This document shows, one piece after another, positions 55,501-63,701 of a DNA stretch of 64,000 nucleotides. The position numbers and the translations under genes are program-made. The DNA is from Bacteroidota bacterium (GTDB taxonomy: Bacteria; Bacteroidota; Rhodothermia; Rhodothermales; UBA10348), in contig JAQBZH010000003.1 in the NCBI GenBank assembly GCA_027622005.1, forward strand, positions 41,532-105,531, read 5' to 3'. Every line of letters begins with the position of its first letter. Position 1 is the first letter of the stretch. Below the pieces are notes generated by a model, which made no database searches, was not told where the DNA came from, and saw nothing but the letters and a program-made list of their open reading frames with translations.

Positions 55501-55778
55501 CCGTTGAAGCGCCCATCATCACTTCTTTAGAAACCATCTTCCCAAATCCAGTTCAGTCACGAGCCGTATTAAAATGGAACTCGGCTGAGTCTTCCCGTGC
55601 ACGCGTATCCATTGTGAATATTCAAGGGCGGGAAGTGGCCACCGTTTTTGACGGCACAGTGGGCTCGGGACCGCAAGAAACGGTGATTGATGCCGTCACC
55701 TTGCCAGCCGGCGCATATTTCATCCGAATGGAGGTAGGCAATAGGATTTTGACGAAATCCTTTGTTCGAATGAGATAA
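52593..55778 (+). CDS. BNR/Asp-box repeat beta-propeller protein (sortilin-VPS10/GH74-like) with a T9SS C-terminal sorting domain
   Basis: S-x-D-x-G-x-T/S-W type repeats recur (TTDKGLSWASM, SVNGGLTWVPL, SGNGGVSWTAV, SIDSGSTWVLM, STDSGQSWKDL, LNDGATWSIA). The last ~80 aa (FPNPVQSRAVLKW....YFIRMEVGNRILTKSFVRMR) look like a type-A T9SS CTD. Confidence 0.8.
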   Translation: MEFETKTLLRPSIALWLGAFAIILFIALDTSSDVGPLATSWPQDSPDEFAAYFQGIRTAEGESAPSYGPGYRLSAYEQLQSAAKGQSATILPWLERGPGNVAGRTRAILVDMLDATRSTWIVGSVAGGIWRTTDKGLSWASMTDHLPRLSIGALAQAASKPAVMYAGTGEGYPNGDAAVGDGIFKSVNGGLTWVPLASTVGSYNFLFVNRIIVSPTDDQFVIAATNDGIYRSGNGGVSWTAVKAAGTSSGFYQVLFKPGDFSTQYAVEKARGIWKSIDSGSTWVLMNTGLPESTSNVRIELDISITNPNRLVALVENKTGPDPLYFSDNGAANWSLFSPTNTGTAIDIAGDQGWYDLAVKIHPFNPDIVFLGGVNLYRANVTGSSIQSQFTVNQNGTTSFLSFINFGGGQLGGGLRLGTDEPESTITPEKMVPVGVRFGPGKSQMAHRFVPPDQAGVAFSTYPYRNYVAVPFEVWDTKNNRQLMVSFRDRNDNGRFDLIANTTENVGREYVIIHAVPYEPETPHPSIARNGGIVTDLAYFFWPTLAPGAIWDPTSLPVSKLEFFWVNVPSLSGSITQIGTGVHADQHIIIASPSAGTEFELLVGNDGGISYSGDGGANWIDRDRGYNTTQYYGIDKKPGLSVYVGGTQDNGSWRSFGDPTPSQFWQNAGSGDGFDAVWHKQNDQKILTTSQWNWIQRSVNGGQSWTSASSGITDTGTSVAGAQFLTILAQDPTNSENVYTVGRSGVWRTTDFASSWSLSSIAPESWGFDEVVRSAKITVSLKSPNVVWAGAEMDAVPSSGTDKDGKLQLSTDKGVTFSSVPTPSIAPGRLSGLATSFEGAETVYVLFSASNRAKILRSTDSGQSWKDLSGFDPGPDGLISQNGFPDVSVYDLLDFPNSTRLWAATEIGLIESLNDGATWSIANNGLPAVSIWQIRKLDDEIVLATHGRGIWTVPASSIPPVSEIFTNVEPVEAPIITSLETIFPNPVQSRAVLKWNSAESSRARVSIVNIQGREVATVFDGTVGSGPQETVIDAVTLPAGAYFIRMEVGNRILTKSFVRMR

Positions 55779-55857
55779 CGCAAAAAAAGGGAATTTATTC
55801 GTAATTGAGAGCAGGACCTGTCGACGAGCCGCCGCTTCTCACTTTCGTCCAGAATTT

Positions 55858-56889
55858 TTGGAGTCCCTCGCTCCATATAGCCACGTGCTCGACAAAATCA
55901 TTTCTATTGTTTCTGCTTCTACGCGCTTGACAGCCTCGCGGAGCCGAATACTGGCCATTTGGGCCCTTTTCCTGTTTTCATCCGCCCATTTCGCATCCAC
56001 GGCCCGGGCGCAGGACGTTCGTGTCGTTCACGCTATCGAACTCAATCGGGACGGCCGCTATACAGCGAACGTGATGGTCACCAATATGACCAGTACGACC
56101 ATTCGGAATTGGACTATGACCTTTCGGATGACCACGTCCGTTGAATCCATCAATCACGTCGGTTGGAGTCAATTTCAAGGCGCTTTTACCGTCAATGGGC
56201 GCGGATGGACTAAGGAAATCGCTCCTGGTGACGTGGTTTGGTTCACCATTAGTGGACTTTCATACAATAATGTGGTTGAGGTCCCTAGAAACTGCTTTTT
56301 TAATGGAACGGCTTGCGTCGTTTCTGGAGCACCTCAGCCAGTCCTGGCAGCCGCGAGGCCTGACCAGATGATAGTCTCGGCATGGATCGATAAATCCGAC
56401 GCCACTACGTATTCGGGCTACATTGCCATCCTCAATCCTACGGCCTTGAAGTTTCCCGCTTTGTGGGACCTAAAGTTTTCGACTCCATCGCTATTGGTGG
56501 AATTAAAGGAGGTTATCTGGTCGAGATCCGGCTCAGATTATCAAGTTTATGGACATGCCCACACGGATTATATCGATGCGGGCGATTTTGTATTGATTCC
56601 CATCAGAGGGGTCCATACTGGTACGCCTGCCCTTCCCTCGAATTGCCGACTAAACGGGGTAGCATGTACCTTTAAAACGCCCGATAGCCTTATTGAAACG
56701 CCCTGGATCAATGTGGATATCAAGATGGCAGAGTTTACCAAGTCCATTTGGGAAGGGTACATCCGCATTGAAAATCCAACCAATTACGAACTCGATTCAT
56801 GGACCTTACGGTTTGACCTCGCTGAGACCATCACCGAAATGGCTGGGCGCCATCATGCAAGGAACGGCGTCCATGAAGCAAATGCTTGA
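55858..56889 (+). CDS. Secreted protein with two complete CBM2-like modules and a truncated third
   Basis: The signal peptide is RILAIWALFLFSSAHFASTARA; the start is TTG at 55858 or, more likely, TTG at 55927. Each module runs ...V.V.N.T...I..WT..F... and ends PRNCFFNGTACV / PSNCRLNGVACT, as in carbohydrate-binding module family 2. The third module stops mid-domain. Confidence 0.55.
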   Translation: MESLAPYSHVLDKIISIVSASTRLTASRSRILAIWALFLFSSAHFASTARAQDVRVVHAIELNRDGRYTANVMVTNMTSTTIRNWTMTFRMTTSVESINHVGWSQFQGAFTVNGRGWTKEIAPGDVVWFTISGLSYNNVVEVPRNCFFNGTACVVSGAPQPVLAAARPDQMIVSAWIDKSDATTYSGYIAILNPTALKFPALWDLKFSTPSLLVELKEVIWSRSGSDYQVYGHAHTDYIDAGDFVLIPIRGVHTGTPALPSNCRLNGVACTFKTPDSLIETPWINVDIKMAEFTKSIWEGYIRIENPTNYELDSWTLRFDLAETITEMAGRHHARNGVHEANA

Positions 56890-57397
56890 TCAGATTAAGA
56901 AACTGCAGGAATTTGAGCGGGGCGGCCATGCTCTTCGACTCATGCCGGTATCGATCGTAGGTGTTTTATCAGACGTCATTGGGGACGTTGCCACGTACTT
57001 CAAAGGTGCGGTGCCGATCTATTTTGACCCTCAACCCTGCATGAACGCCAAAGTCCAAGTGGATCTAGCGTTTTTGCCCGGAGTCTTTAAGAATCTGCTG
57101 AAAAATGCTGTTGAACACATTATTTCGCTGGACGACTCCGCCCGTAGAGTCGATGTGTATTGCAGCAGTGAACCCGGTTTTGTGGTCATTTCGGTACATA
57201 ACGGCGGAGAAACCGTGCCTCCCGAGCGAATTGCGACCTTTTTCGACAAGTTCAATACCACCAAGGCGAACGACGGGGGAACGGGACTCGGTACCACCTA
57301 TGCACGACTGGTAACTGAAGCGCGCGGCGGATCGATATCCGCTTGGTCAAGCGCAGAAAGAGGGACGCTCGTCTCTGTTCGATTACCATTGGTCTAA
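56855..57397 (+). CDS. Histidine-kinase catalytic (HATPase_c) fragment lacking the H-box; possible gene remnant
   Basis: N-box FKNLLKNAVEH, the region VHNGGETVPPERIATFFDKFNTTK and G2-box GGTGLGTTYARLV are preceded only by the distal part of a DHp helix (MLDQIKKLQEFERGGHALRLMPVSIV). No phospho-acceptor His region is present. Its 5' end overlaps the preceding ORF by 35 nt in another frame. Confidence 0.45.
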   Translation: MQGTASMKQMLDQIKKLQEFERGGHALRLMPVSIVGVLSDVIGDVATYFKGAVPIYFDPQPCMNAKVQVDLAFLPGVFKNLLKNAVEHIISLDDSARRVDVYCSSEPGFVVISVHNGGETVPPERIATFFDKFNTTKANDGGTGLGTTYARLVTEARGGSISAWSSAERGTLVSVRLPLV

Positions 57398-57406
57398 CAG
57401 CATCGT

Positions 57407-57422
57407 ACTTGTTATTACAAGT
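57407..57422. promoter_or_regulatory. 16-bp palindrome ACTTGTTATTACAAGT upstream of the GntR gene; candidate auto-operator
   Basis: It is identical to the 16-mer at 36263-36278. A half-conserved second copy, ACTTGTCATCACACGT, lies at 57483-57498, 65 nt before the GntR ATG. Confidence 0.55.
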
Positions 57423-57562
57423 CACACCATCACCCCGCATATTCGGGAGTTAATATGGCAACATTTCCGTTGGTTGCGTAGTACTTGTCATCACACGTAG
57501 TGGTTTATGTTTTAACCCTACTTTGTTGACAAAAGGACCCCGAAATAAGTCCGATACTGATT

Positions 57563-58372
57563 ATGGCATCCGTAAGACCACGACACGAACATGTTAGCCA
57601 ATGGCTACGCGAGCGCATTGAATCCGGTACTCTCGCTGAGGACGATCAACTTCCCTCTGAAAATCAACTCGGATCACGGTTCGGAGTAAGTCGAATTACG
57701 GTTCGGCGCGCGCTCCAGACGCTGGAGGCCGACGGGCTCATTTATCGTAAACAGGGTATGGGGTCGTTTGTCAAGGACAATCGTATCCACCAGGGTTTAG
57801 TACGTTTGACCGATTTCGTTGAGGATATGGAGGCGGCTGGCTTAATACCGCAGTCTATTATCTTGCACCAGGGAATGGAGCCAGCGGGTGTTCGGGTTGC
57901 CGAAGCGCTCGGAGTGGCTGAAGGAGCGTTGGTTTACCGGGTTGACCGTCTTAGAAAAGGCGATGGCGACCCAATGGCATTTGACCGAACCTGGCTGCCC
58001 CCTTTTTATGGCCATTTAATTGAAAAGCACGACCTTCGAACAAGCTCCATTTATTCAATTCTAGAGGATAACTACGACATTTGTGTATGCCGGGGTCGCT
58101 TTCGAATTGAGGCAGTGAATGCGCCAAACGACGTTGCCCAGCATCTTGATGTACCCTGGGGCCGAGCGCTGCTCCTGATTGAACGGACCTCTTTTACCGA
58201 GGCGGATCAGCGTTTTTATTATCAGCAACGCTTTTACCGATCAGATCGTGTGGCCTACGAATTGGAACTCTTTCGGGGATCCTCAAGAAATCAACGCTCG
58301 GGACTGCCATTGAAAGAATTCGAGCCCATTTTTAAGAAAGATGGAGATCCCCCCAGGGGAGCCGCTCAATAA
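57563..58372 (+). CDS. GntR-family transcriptional regulator, HutC subfamily (winged HTH plus UTRA effector domain)
   Basis: LPSENQLGSRFGVSRITVRRALQTLEADGLIYRKQGMGSFV is the GntR HTH. The C-terminal ~170 aa are UTRA-like (..YRVDRLR..DG.P.A....W.P...). The 3' end overlaps moeA by 41 nt on the opposite strand. Confidence 0.85.
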   Translation: MASVRPRHEHVSQWLRERIESGTLAEDDQLPSENQLGSRFGVSRITVRRALQTLEADGLIYRKQGMGSFVKDNRIHQGLVRLTDFVEDMEAAGLIPQSIILHQGMEPAGVRVAEALGVAEGALVYRVDRLRKGDGDPMAFDRTWLPPFYGHLIEKHDLRTSSIYSILEDNYDICVCRGRFRIEAVNAPNDVAQHLDVPWGRALLLIERTSFTEADQRFYYQQRFYRSDRVAYELELFRGSSRNQRSGLPLKEFEPIFKKDGDPPRGAAQ

Positions 58373-59627
58373 AGACCTCCGCGCCTTCGGGGAGGATGTC
58401 CGTTCCGGCCGGTAGATGCAAAATACAATTCGCTCGCGCGACCGATCCATATAGGTTTGAGCCCTGCGCACCCTTCAAAGAAACGGAATAGACGCCCGTG
58501 TCTTCCTGAAAAGCTACTGCTCTCGAGAAATAGTAAAGGTCCTTTACTTTGGGGATTTCATCTGTCAAAAAGGCCTTAATCAGTGGTTCGGTAGGCTTTC
58601 GTCCCAAAAATCGTCTGATTAATGGGCGCGCATACATGGCAAAACACATTGCAGCGCTCACGGGATTACCCGGTAGTCCTAAAACCAGGGTGGGGCCAAG
58701 TTTCCCAAACAATAGCGGCTTACCGGGGCGTTGTTTTACTTTCCAAAACAGCGGTTCAAAACCCATGGCCTCGAGGGCCGATTTGACGTAGTCATGATCT
58801 CCGACAGAAACACCGCCTGCCAATAAGAGGAGGTCCGATCCGGCATTTTTTTGTATCGCCCGACGAATGTCTTCCGGGTCGTCCTTGGCGTGGTCGTATG
58901 CGTCACACGTTCCGCCCTCATAGAGAACCTGGGCCCGAAGACCCGGGCCGTTGGAGTTTCTAATTTGGGCAGGGCCCGGGCTGTGGTCTGGGGCAACGAT
59001 TTCGTCTCCTGTGGTGATGATTCCGACCAAGGGTTTTCTTATCACCGCGGGACTATGAAAGCCGAGGCTGGCCAACATCCCAAGTACCGGTGGCGAAATG
59101 ACCGTTCCCGCTGGAAACACTTTATCCCCGACTTTTACATCTTCTCCGGCTGGTCGGATGTGCTTTCCAGCTTCCCGATTCCCAGCTAAATCATATGGCG
59201 CCCAAAAAGTGGCCCAGCCATCTTCCTCTTGGGCATATTCGCGCGGAATAATGGTGTCCGCGCCTAGAGGAATTACGGCTCCAGTCATTATTCGTGCACA
59301 CGTTCCCGGCTGAATTGACACCAGCGGCTTCGCTCCCGCAGCAACGTGCTCAACTATCCGGAATCGGGACATGGGTGCCGGGCGGCTCTCGTTTTCTTGG
59401 TTGGCCCAAACCCCTAAATCGACGTCGTTCCCTTTCTGTTGGGTAAACTGAGTCGCAAACCCATCCATCGCGGAACTTGCAAAGGGGGGGAGGTTTTCTG
59501 AACTGATAATCGGCAGACTGAGTGTTCGGCCCAATGCATCTGACAATTGACACTTTTCTGACTCTAGGACGCGGGATTCACCCAAAACAATCAGTTTCGC
59601 CTCTTCAAATGAAATGAATGTTCGCAT
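58332..59627 (-). CDS. moeA: Molybdopterin molybdenumtransferase MoeA
   Basis: SSAMDGFA, the MoCF-binding domain (VGIITTGDEIV....IRNSNG, LLLLAGGVSVGDHDYV), GLPGNPVSA and a MoeA C-terminal domain. Confidence 0.9.
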   Translation of the reverse strand: MRTFISFEEAKLIVLGESRVLESEKCQLSDALGRTLSLPIISSENLPPFASSAMDGFATQFTQQKGNDVDLGVWANQENESRPAPMSRFRIVEHVAAGAKPLVSIQPGTCARIMTGAVIPLGADTIIPREYAQEEDGWATFWAPYDLAGNREAGKHIRPAGEDVKVGDKVFPAGTVISPPVLGMLASLGFHSPAVIRKPLVGIITTGDEIVAPDHSPGPAQIRNSNGPGLRAQVLYEGGTCDAYDHAKDDPEDIRRAIQKNAGSDLLLLAGGVSVGDHDYVKSALEAMGFEPLFWKVKQRPGKPLLFGKLGPTLVLGLPGNPVSAAMCFAMYARPLIRRFLGRKPTEPLIKAFLTDEIPKVKDLYYFSRAVAFQEDTGVYSVSLKGAQGSNLYGSVARANCILHLPAGTDILPEGAEVFIERLPWGDLHLS

Positions 59628-59701
59628 TTATCCGGGTCTGCTTTAGTAGATTTTAGACAAGCCAAAGATAGGCCCTTTCATTCCTTCTTTCTCGACCCAT
59701 T

Positions 59702-60997
59702 ATGATTCGATTTGACTTTACGGGAACGGACCCGTTCTTAGACAAAAGCCAATGGGACGGCGTTGTGCGTCGAGCCCAGGCAGCCCACCGGGCCGTTCTT
59801 TCGGGCACGGGCCCAGGCAACGAGTGGCTAGGCTGGCGGCGCATTCTGCAACAGCCCAACGATGCTCTTTTGGAAGATATTTCGGCGGTTGGCAAAGAAA
59901 TATCGGAGCGGGCCGACGTCCTTCTTTGTATTGGAATCGGTGGATCGTTTTTAGGTTCGGAAGCCATAATTCGGGCGCTTTCACCCTATTTCCGCTCTAA
60001 TTCGTCGAAAGAAGGGGTTGAAACCAAGGCTTTAGAGGTGATTTATGCGGGTCACCACCTCTCTTCTACCTATTTGTCTGAGCTGTTGGCCTACCTCGAG
60101 GGAAAGTCGGTTTACGTCAATGTGATTTCTAAGAGTGGGACGACACTTGAGCCAGCGGTTGCATTTAGAATCATTCGATCCTGGATGGAAGACCGATTCG
60201 ACGACTGCGAACGCCGAATTATTGCGACAACGGACCAATCTAAGGGGGCCCTTCGGCAACTCTCTGAAAAAATGGGCTACCGTACTTATATCATTCCTGA
60301 TGATGTGGGCGGGCGGTTTTCCGTTCTTACGCCGGTCGGCCTATTGCCCATTGCTGCCGCTGGATTTGATATCCGATCCTTGTTCTACGGCGCCGTCGCT
60401 ATGATGGCAGAACTAGCCGAAACCGAAGGAAATCCGGCAATCGAATACGCGTTGCGTAGATACGCCCTGCATGAGCGGGGATTCACAACAGAGGTGTTGT
60501 CCGTATTTGAACCACGGTTGGCGGGTGTAGGCGCTTGGTGGCAACAGCTTTTTGGAGAGAGCGAAGGAAAAGAAGGAAAGGGACTATTTCCCGCTGTTTG
60601 CACGTTTTCCACCGACCTGCACTCGCTGGGCCAGTACCTTCAGGCAGGTCGCAGAAATTTATTGGAAACGTTTTTGGTCGCGGAGAAGGAGCGGTCCACG
60701 TTGCTTATTCCAGCAGATCCGGCAAACCTGGATGGGTTGAATTATTTGAGTGGTTCTACGCTTTCTCGGATTAACCAAGCGGCATTTGAGGGTACTTCTA
60801 AAGCGCATCTCCAAGGTGGTGTACCGATTCAACAGATAACCCTTTCCATGGTGAATGAGGAAGCACTGGGCCGGCTGATTTACTTTTTCGAACACGCGGT
60901 TTCGGTTGGAGGCTACCTCCTTGGAGTGAATCCCTTTGACCAACCCGGTGTTGAGGCGTACAAAATGGAAATGTTCGGTCTTCTCGGAAAAAGTTGA
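59702..60997 (+). CDS. pgi: Glucose-6-phosphate isomerase (short ~430-aa type)
   Basis: IGIGGSFLGSEA, ISKSGTTLEPA, DDVGGRFSVLTPVGLLP and the QLFGESEGK region are the PGI signatures. Confidence 0.9.
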   Translation: MIRFDFTGTDPFLDKSQWDGVVRRAQAAHRAVLSGTGPGNEWLGWRRILQQPNDALLEDISAVGKEISERADVLLCIGIGGSFLGSEAIIRALSPYFRSNSSKEGVETKALEVIYAGHHLSSTYLSELLAYLEGKSVYVNVISKSGTTLEPAVAFRIIRSWMEDRFDDCERRIIATTDQSKGALRQLSEKMGYRTYIIPDDVGGRFSVLTPVGLLPIAAAGFDIRSLFYGAVAMMAELAETEGNPAIEYALRRYALHERGFTTEVLSVFEPRLAGVGAWWQQLFGESEGKEGKGLFPAVCTFSTDLHSLGQYLQAGRRNLLETFLVAEKERSTLLIPADPANLDGLNYLSGSTLSRINQAAFEGTSKAHLQGGVPIQQITLSMVNEEALGRLIYFFEHAVSVGGYLLGVNPFDQPGVEAYKMEMFGLLGKS

Positions 60998-61483
60998 TTT
61001 TTTCTTTCAACGCTTCCGGGTGGAAAACGCGTTGAAACGTTGTGTCTAGAATGAAATGAACGCACTCTCTGTGGAAGAGCGTTGACAACCGACCAATTAA
61101 CATCGAACGACCAACGCAAAACCCACATGGAAATTCTTGTTAATAGAAAAAAGCGCTTATTAACAATTTTAGTGTGAATAGGTGTGGATATGTTGGAAGG
61201 TCGTTTTTCTAGCCTTTCTAAATAAAAAAAACCCAACTGCTTTTCTAAGGATCTGCGGAAAAGATTTAACAATCAAATTAACAACACCGTGTCAAGTCTG
61301 GTTCGTAAGTAGGTTGCAAACAAATCCACACGACCTATTACTATGTTCTACTATTTAATATTTCTTTTAATTATTAATAGTTAGAACATGCCTATGTGAG
61401 TAACTGGAATCCTCTCACATTTACCACGTTGCAGAGTGTTTTCCCTTCGGTTACCTTGCAGTCGTTGAAAAAGGATCCGATGG

Positions 61484-63634
61484 TTATTTCCAGTCTAACC
61501 GCTTCGTCCGTATTCCGTCCATGTGGATGATGATGGCTCCTTCTTTTGATGTTTCCAACACGTCGGTTTGATGTTTTTCTAATCGATTTAAAACTTCCAC
61601 ATGAGGATGCCCAAACCTATTTTTAGCTCCGACCGATAGTACACTTATACCCGGTTTAACCGTTGTCAATAACGAATTTGAAGTACTCGTTTTAGATCCG
61701 TGGTGTCCAACTTTGAGCAAATCAGCGTCTAAAAAAGGACCAAATCGTTTTAATATTTGGCTTTCAGCTTCAGCTTCGGCATCACCCATTAAGAGTACTT
61801 TTGATTGGCCATATTGCAGCAAAAGAACAACAGAATCGTTGTTTTCAGCCCCTGGTGAAGTCGGATGCAGCACATAGAGACGTAGACTTTCATCCACGTC
61901 AATGGTCCGACCTTTCAAAATTTGGGTGATTTGGGCATCGTTTGTTTGAATCCATCCCCCATGATAAACAAGCTCTGGTAGCTCATCTGTTTTTAATATG
62001 GGGGTTGAACGAGCTTGTTTTAGGAAGGTGGGTAGTCCGCCTATATGGTCCTGGTGTCCGTGACTGAGTAGTACCGAATAAGACCCCGTCAACGCCCGCG
62101 CTTTGAGGTGATTAAAGACCGTTCGACCACTAGATGAACCGGGCCCAAGATCAACTACTAAGGCCTGTCTATTATTACCCTCAATTACGATCGCGTCACC
62201 TTGACCAACATCTAAAAAAGTGAGGGTCGTTCCCTTTCTCGAAGTAAAACACAGGCCTATGGAGAACGCTGCCATCAACCCTAAAATCAGCATTCGAGGG
62301 ACGGATTTCTTGCCATATATCCACATCAAAAATCCAGCGGTAGGTAGCCAAACCACAACTGGAAAAGAGTACAAAGGGCCTACCCAACTAGGTATCCAGG
62401 TTATGTTTGACCCCGCCTCGCTAAATCGAATCAAGAGGATTAGTAGACCCTCTGCCACGGTCGAAAAAGGGGTGTATCCACCGGGTAGAAAGACGGCAAA
62501 AAGAGCAATTGGTAGAAGAATCGTAAGCAGTAGAACGGCGATTGGACTGAAAATCAATGCCCCTACAGGTACAAACCCAAAGTAGTAAGCTAAAATTGGA
62601 GCGGTCCCTACAGAAGCGGCACAAGTTACCGAAAGGGACGAATAGGCGGCTTTTTTAAAAGAATTTATCCCGGCTTTGGTTGATGGCCGACCCATAATCA
62701 ACAAAATGAAGACCACGGCCGAAAAGGATAACTGGAAGCCAGGAGCAAAGATGTCCCTTGGACGCAGCAGTAGAATGAAAAAGCAAGCTACGCCAACCGA
62801 CCAAAGTGGATGACCGGATCCGAAGCGTCGGTCAGAGAAGTCGGAGACGATAAAAATGGAGAGCATAATCGTCGCCCTAACGACCGACGCGGACATCCCA
62901 ACCATTCCGGCAAATACCCATATTCCAAGGAGACTCAAACAGGCAATTAACTGTCGTCTGAGCTCTGGTTTAACGGGCAATCGAAGCGCCATAGTCCGAA
63001 TCAAAAACCGGATGAGTCCGGCAATTATCCCAACATGCAGTCCAGAAATGGCCAGAAGATGCCCCAAACCCGTCCGTTGAAAATCAGATTGAATGGACTG
63101 GGTGATGCCCGACCGATCTCCCAGAAACAGCGCCACAATCAAATGTTGGCTTTCCAAAGACTCAAATCGCTGCTGGATAAGGGTTAAAAAGGTGTGACGG
63201 ATTTGGTAAAAATCATAGGAAAGACTTCCCGCGTGCGTGCGGTGATCGATGACCAATGAAGTAACACTTTCGATGGACCCGAGCCAGTTTTTTGATTGTA
63301 AATAGGCCCTTTCGTCAAAATCATAGGGGTTTCTGCGCAGCTCTGGGGCAGAGAAGCGGCCATTCATGACGACCCGGTCGCCGGGGTGAAGGGTGACTTT
63401 TATTTCTGACAAATCAACCCTAAAAAGCGAACCAATCGCTCCTTTGATCACGGCGGACTTTCGAGGGATAACCTCTGTTATCACCCCGGAAAGCAGAAAG
63501 GGGCGGTCTGGCCACGCTTTTCGAACGACTTGTTGGCGCGACTCAATGAGGTAAGACGTAGTTACAGATGAAACCAAAACAAAGACCAGAACAACGATGT
63601 GCCAGGAATTTCTGCGTGGTTTCGCCCGCTCCAT
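61484..63634 (-). CDS. comEC: ComEC/Rec2 DNA-internalisation competence protein with a C-terminal MBL domain
   Basis: A multi-TM competence domain (GLGHLLAISGLHVGI) is followed by an MBL domain (FLDVGQGDAIVIE ... LLSHGHQDHIGG ... VGHHGS). Confidence 0.85.
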   Translation of the reverse strand: MERAKPRRNSWHIVVLVFVLVSSVTTSYLIESRQQVVRKAWPDRPFLLSGVITEVIPRKSAVIKGAIGSLFRVDLSEIKVTLHPGDRVVMNGRFSAPELRRNPYDFDERAYLQSKNWLGSIESVTSLVIDHRTHAGSLSYDFYQIRHTFLTLIQQRFESLESQHLIVALFLGDRSGITQSIQSDFQRTGLGHLLAISGLHVGIIAGLIRFLIRTMALRLPVKPELRRQLIACLSLLGIWVFAGMVGMSASVVRATIMLSIFIVSDFSDRRFGSGHPLWSVGVACFFILLLRPRDIFAPGFQLSFSAVVFILLIMGRPSTKAGINSFKKAAYSSLSVTCAASVGTAPILAYYFGFVPVGALIFSPIAVLLLTILLPIALFAVFLPGGYTPFSTVAEGLLILLIRFSEAGSNITWIPSWVGPLYSFPVVVWLPTAGFLMWIYGKKSVPRMLILGLMAAFSIGLCFTSRKGTTLTFLDVGQGDAIVIEGNNRQALVVDLGPGSSSGRTVFNHLKARALTGSYSVLLSHGHQDHIGGLPTFLKQARSTPILKTDELPELVYHGGWIQTNDAQITQILKGRTIDVDESLRLYVLHPTSPGAENNDSVVLLLQYGQSKVLLMGDAEAEAESQILKRFGPFLDADLLKVGHHGSKTSTSNSLLTTVKPGISVLSVGAKNRFGHPHVEVLNRLEKHQTDVLETSKEGAIIIHMDGIRTKRLDWK

Positions 63635-63675
63635 GCTCGCCCTTCTTTACCATAAGACCCTTCGGGCGCGCCACT

Positions 63676-63701
63676 GTAACCACCACATGTAACCACCACA
63701 T
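63676..63701. repeat. Perfect tandem duplication of a 13-mer, GTAACCACCACAT x2, in the comEC/nusB divergent intergenic region
   Basis: Read directly from the sequence: copies at 63676-63688 and 63689-63701. Confidence 0.95.

Noticed and set aside
59628-59701. A Moco riboswitch upstream of moeA or of the Mo-enzyme operon
   Set aside because: The moeA leader is only 74 nt, and the 115-nt operon leader is occupied by direct repeats and a palindrome. I could not recognise the conserved Moco-RNA motif elements. An Infernal search would be needed to exclude one formally.
60913-61272. A 119-aa minus-strand ORF covering part of the long pgi-comEC spacer
   Set aside because: It is very Arg-rich, overlaps the pgi 3' end by 85 nt, has no recognisable motif and runs through the inverted repeats. 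It is more likely a chance ORF in AT-rich DNA.
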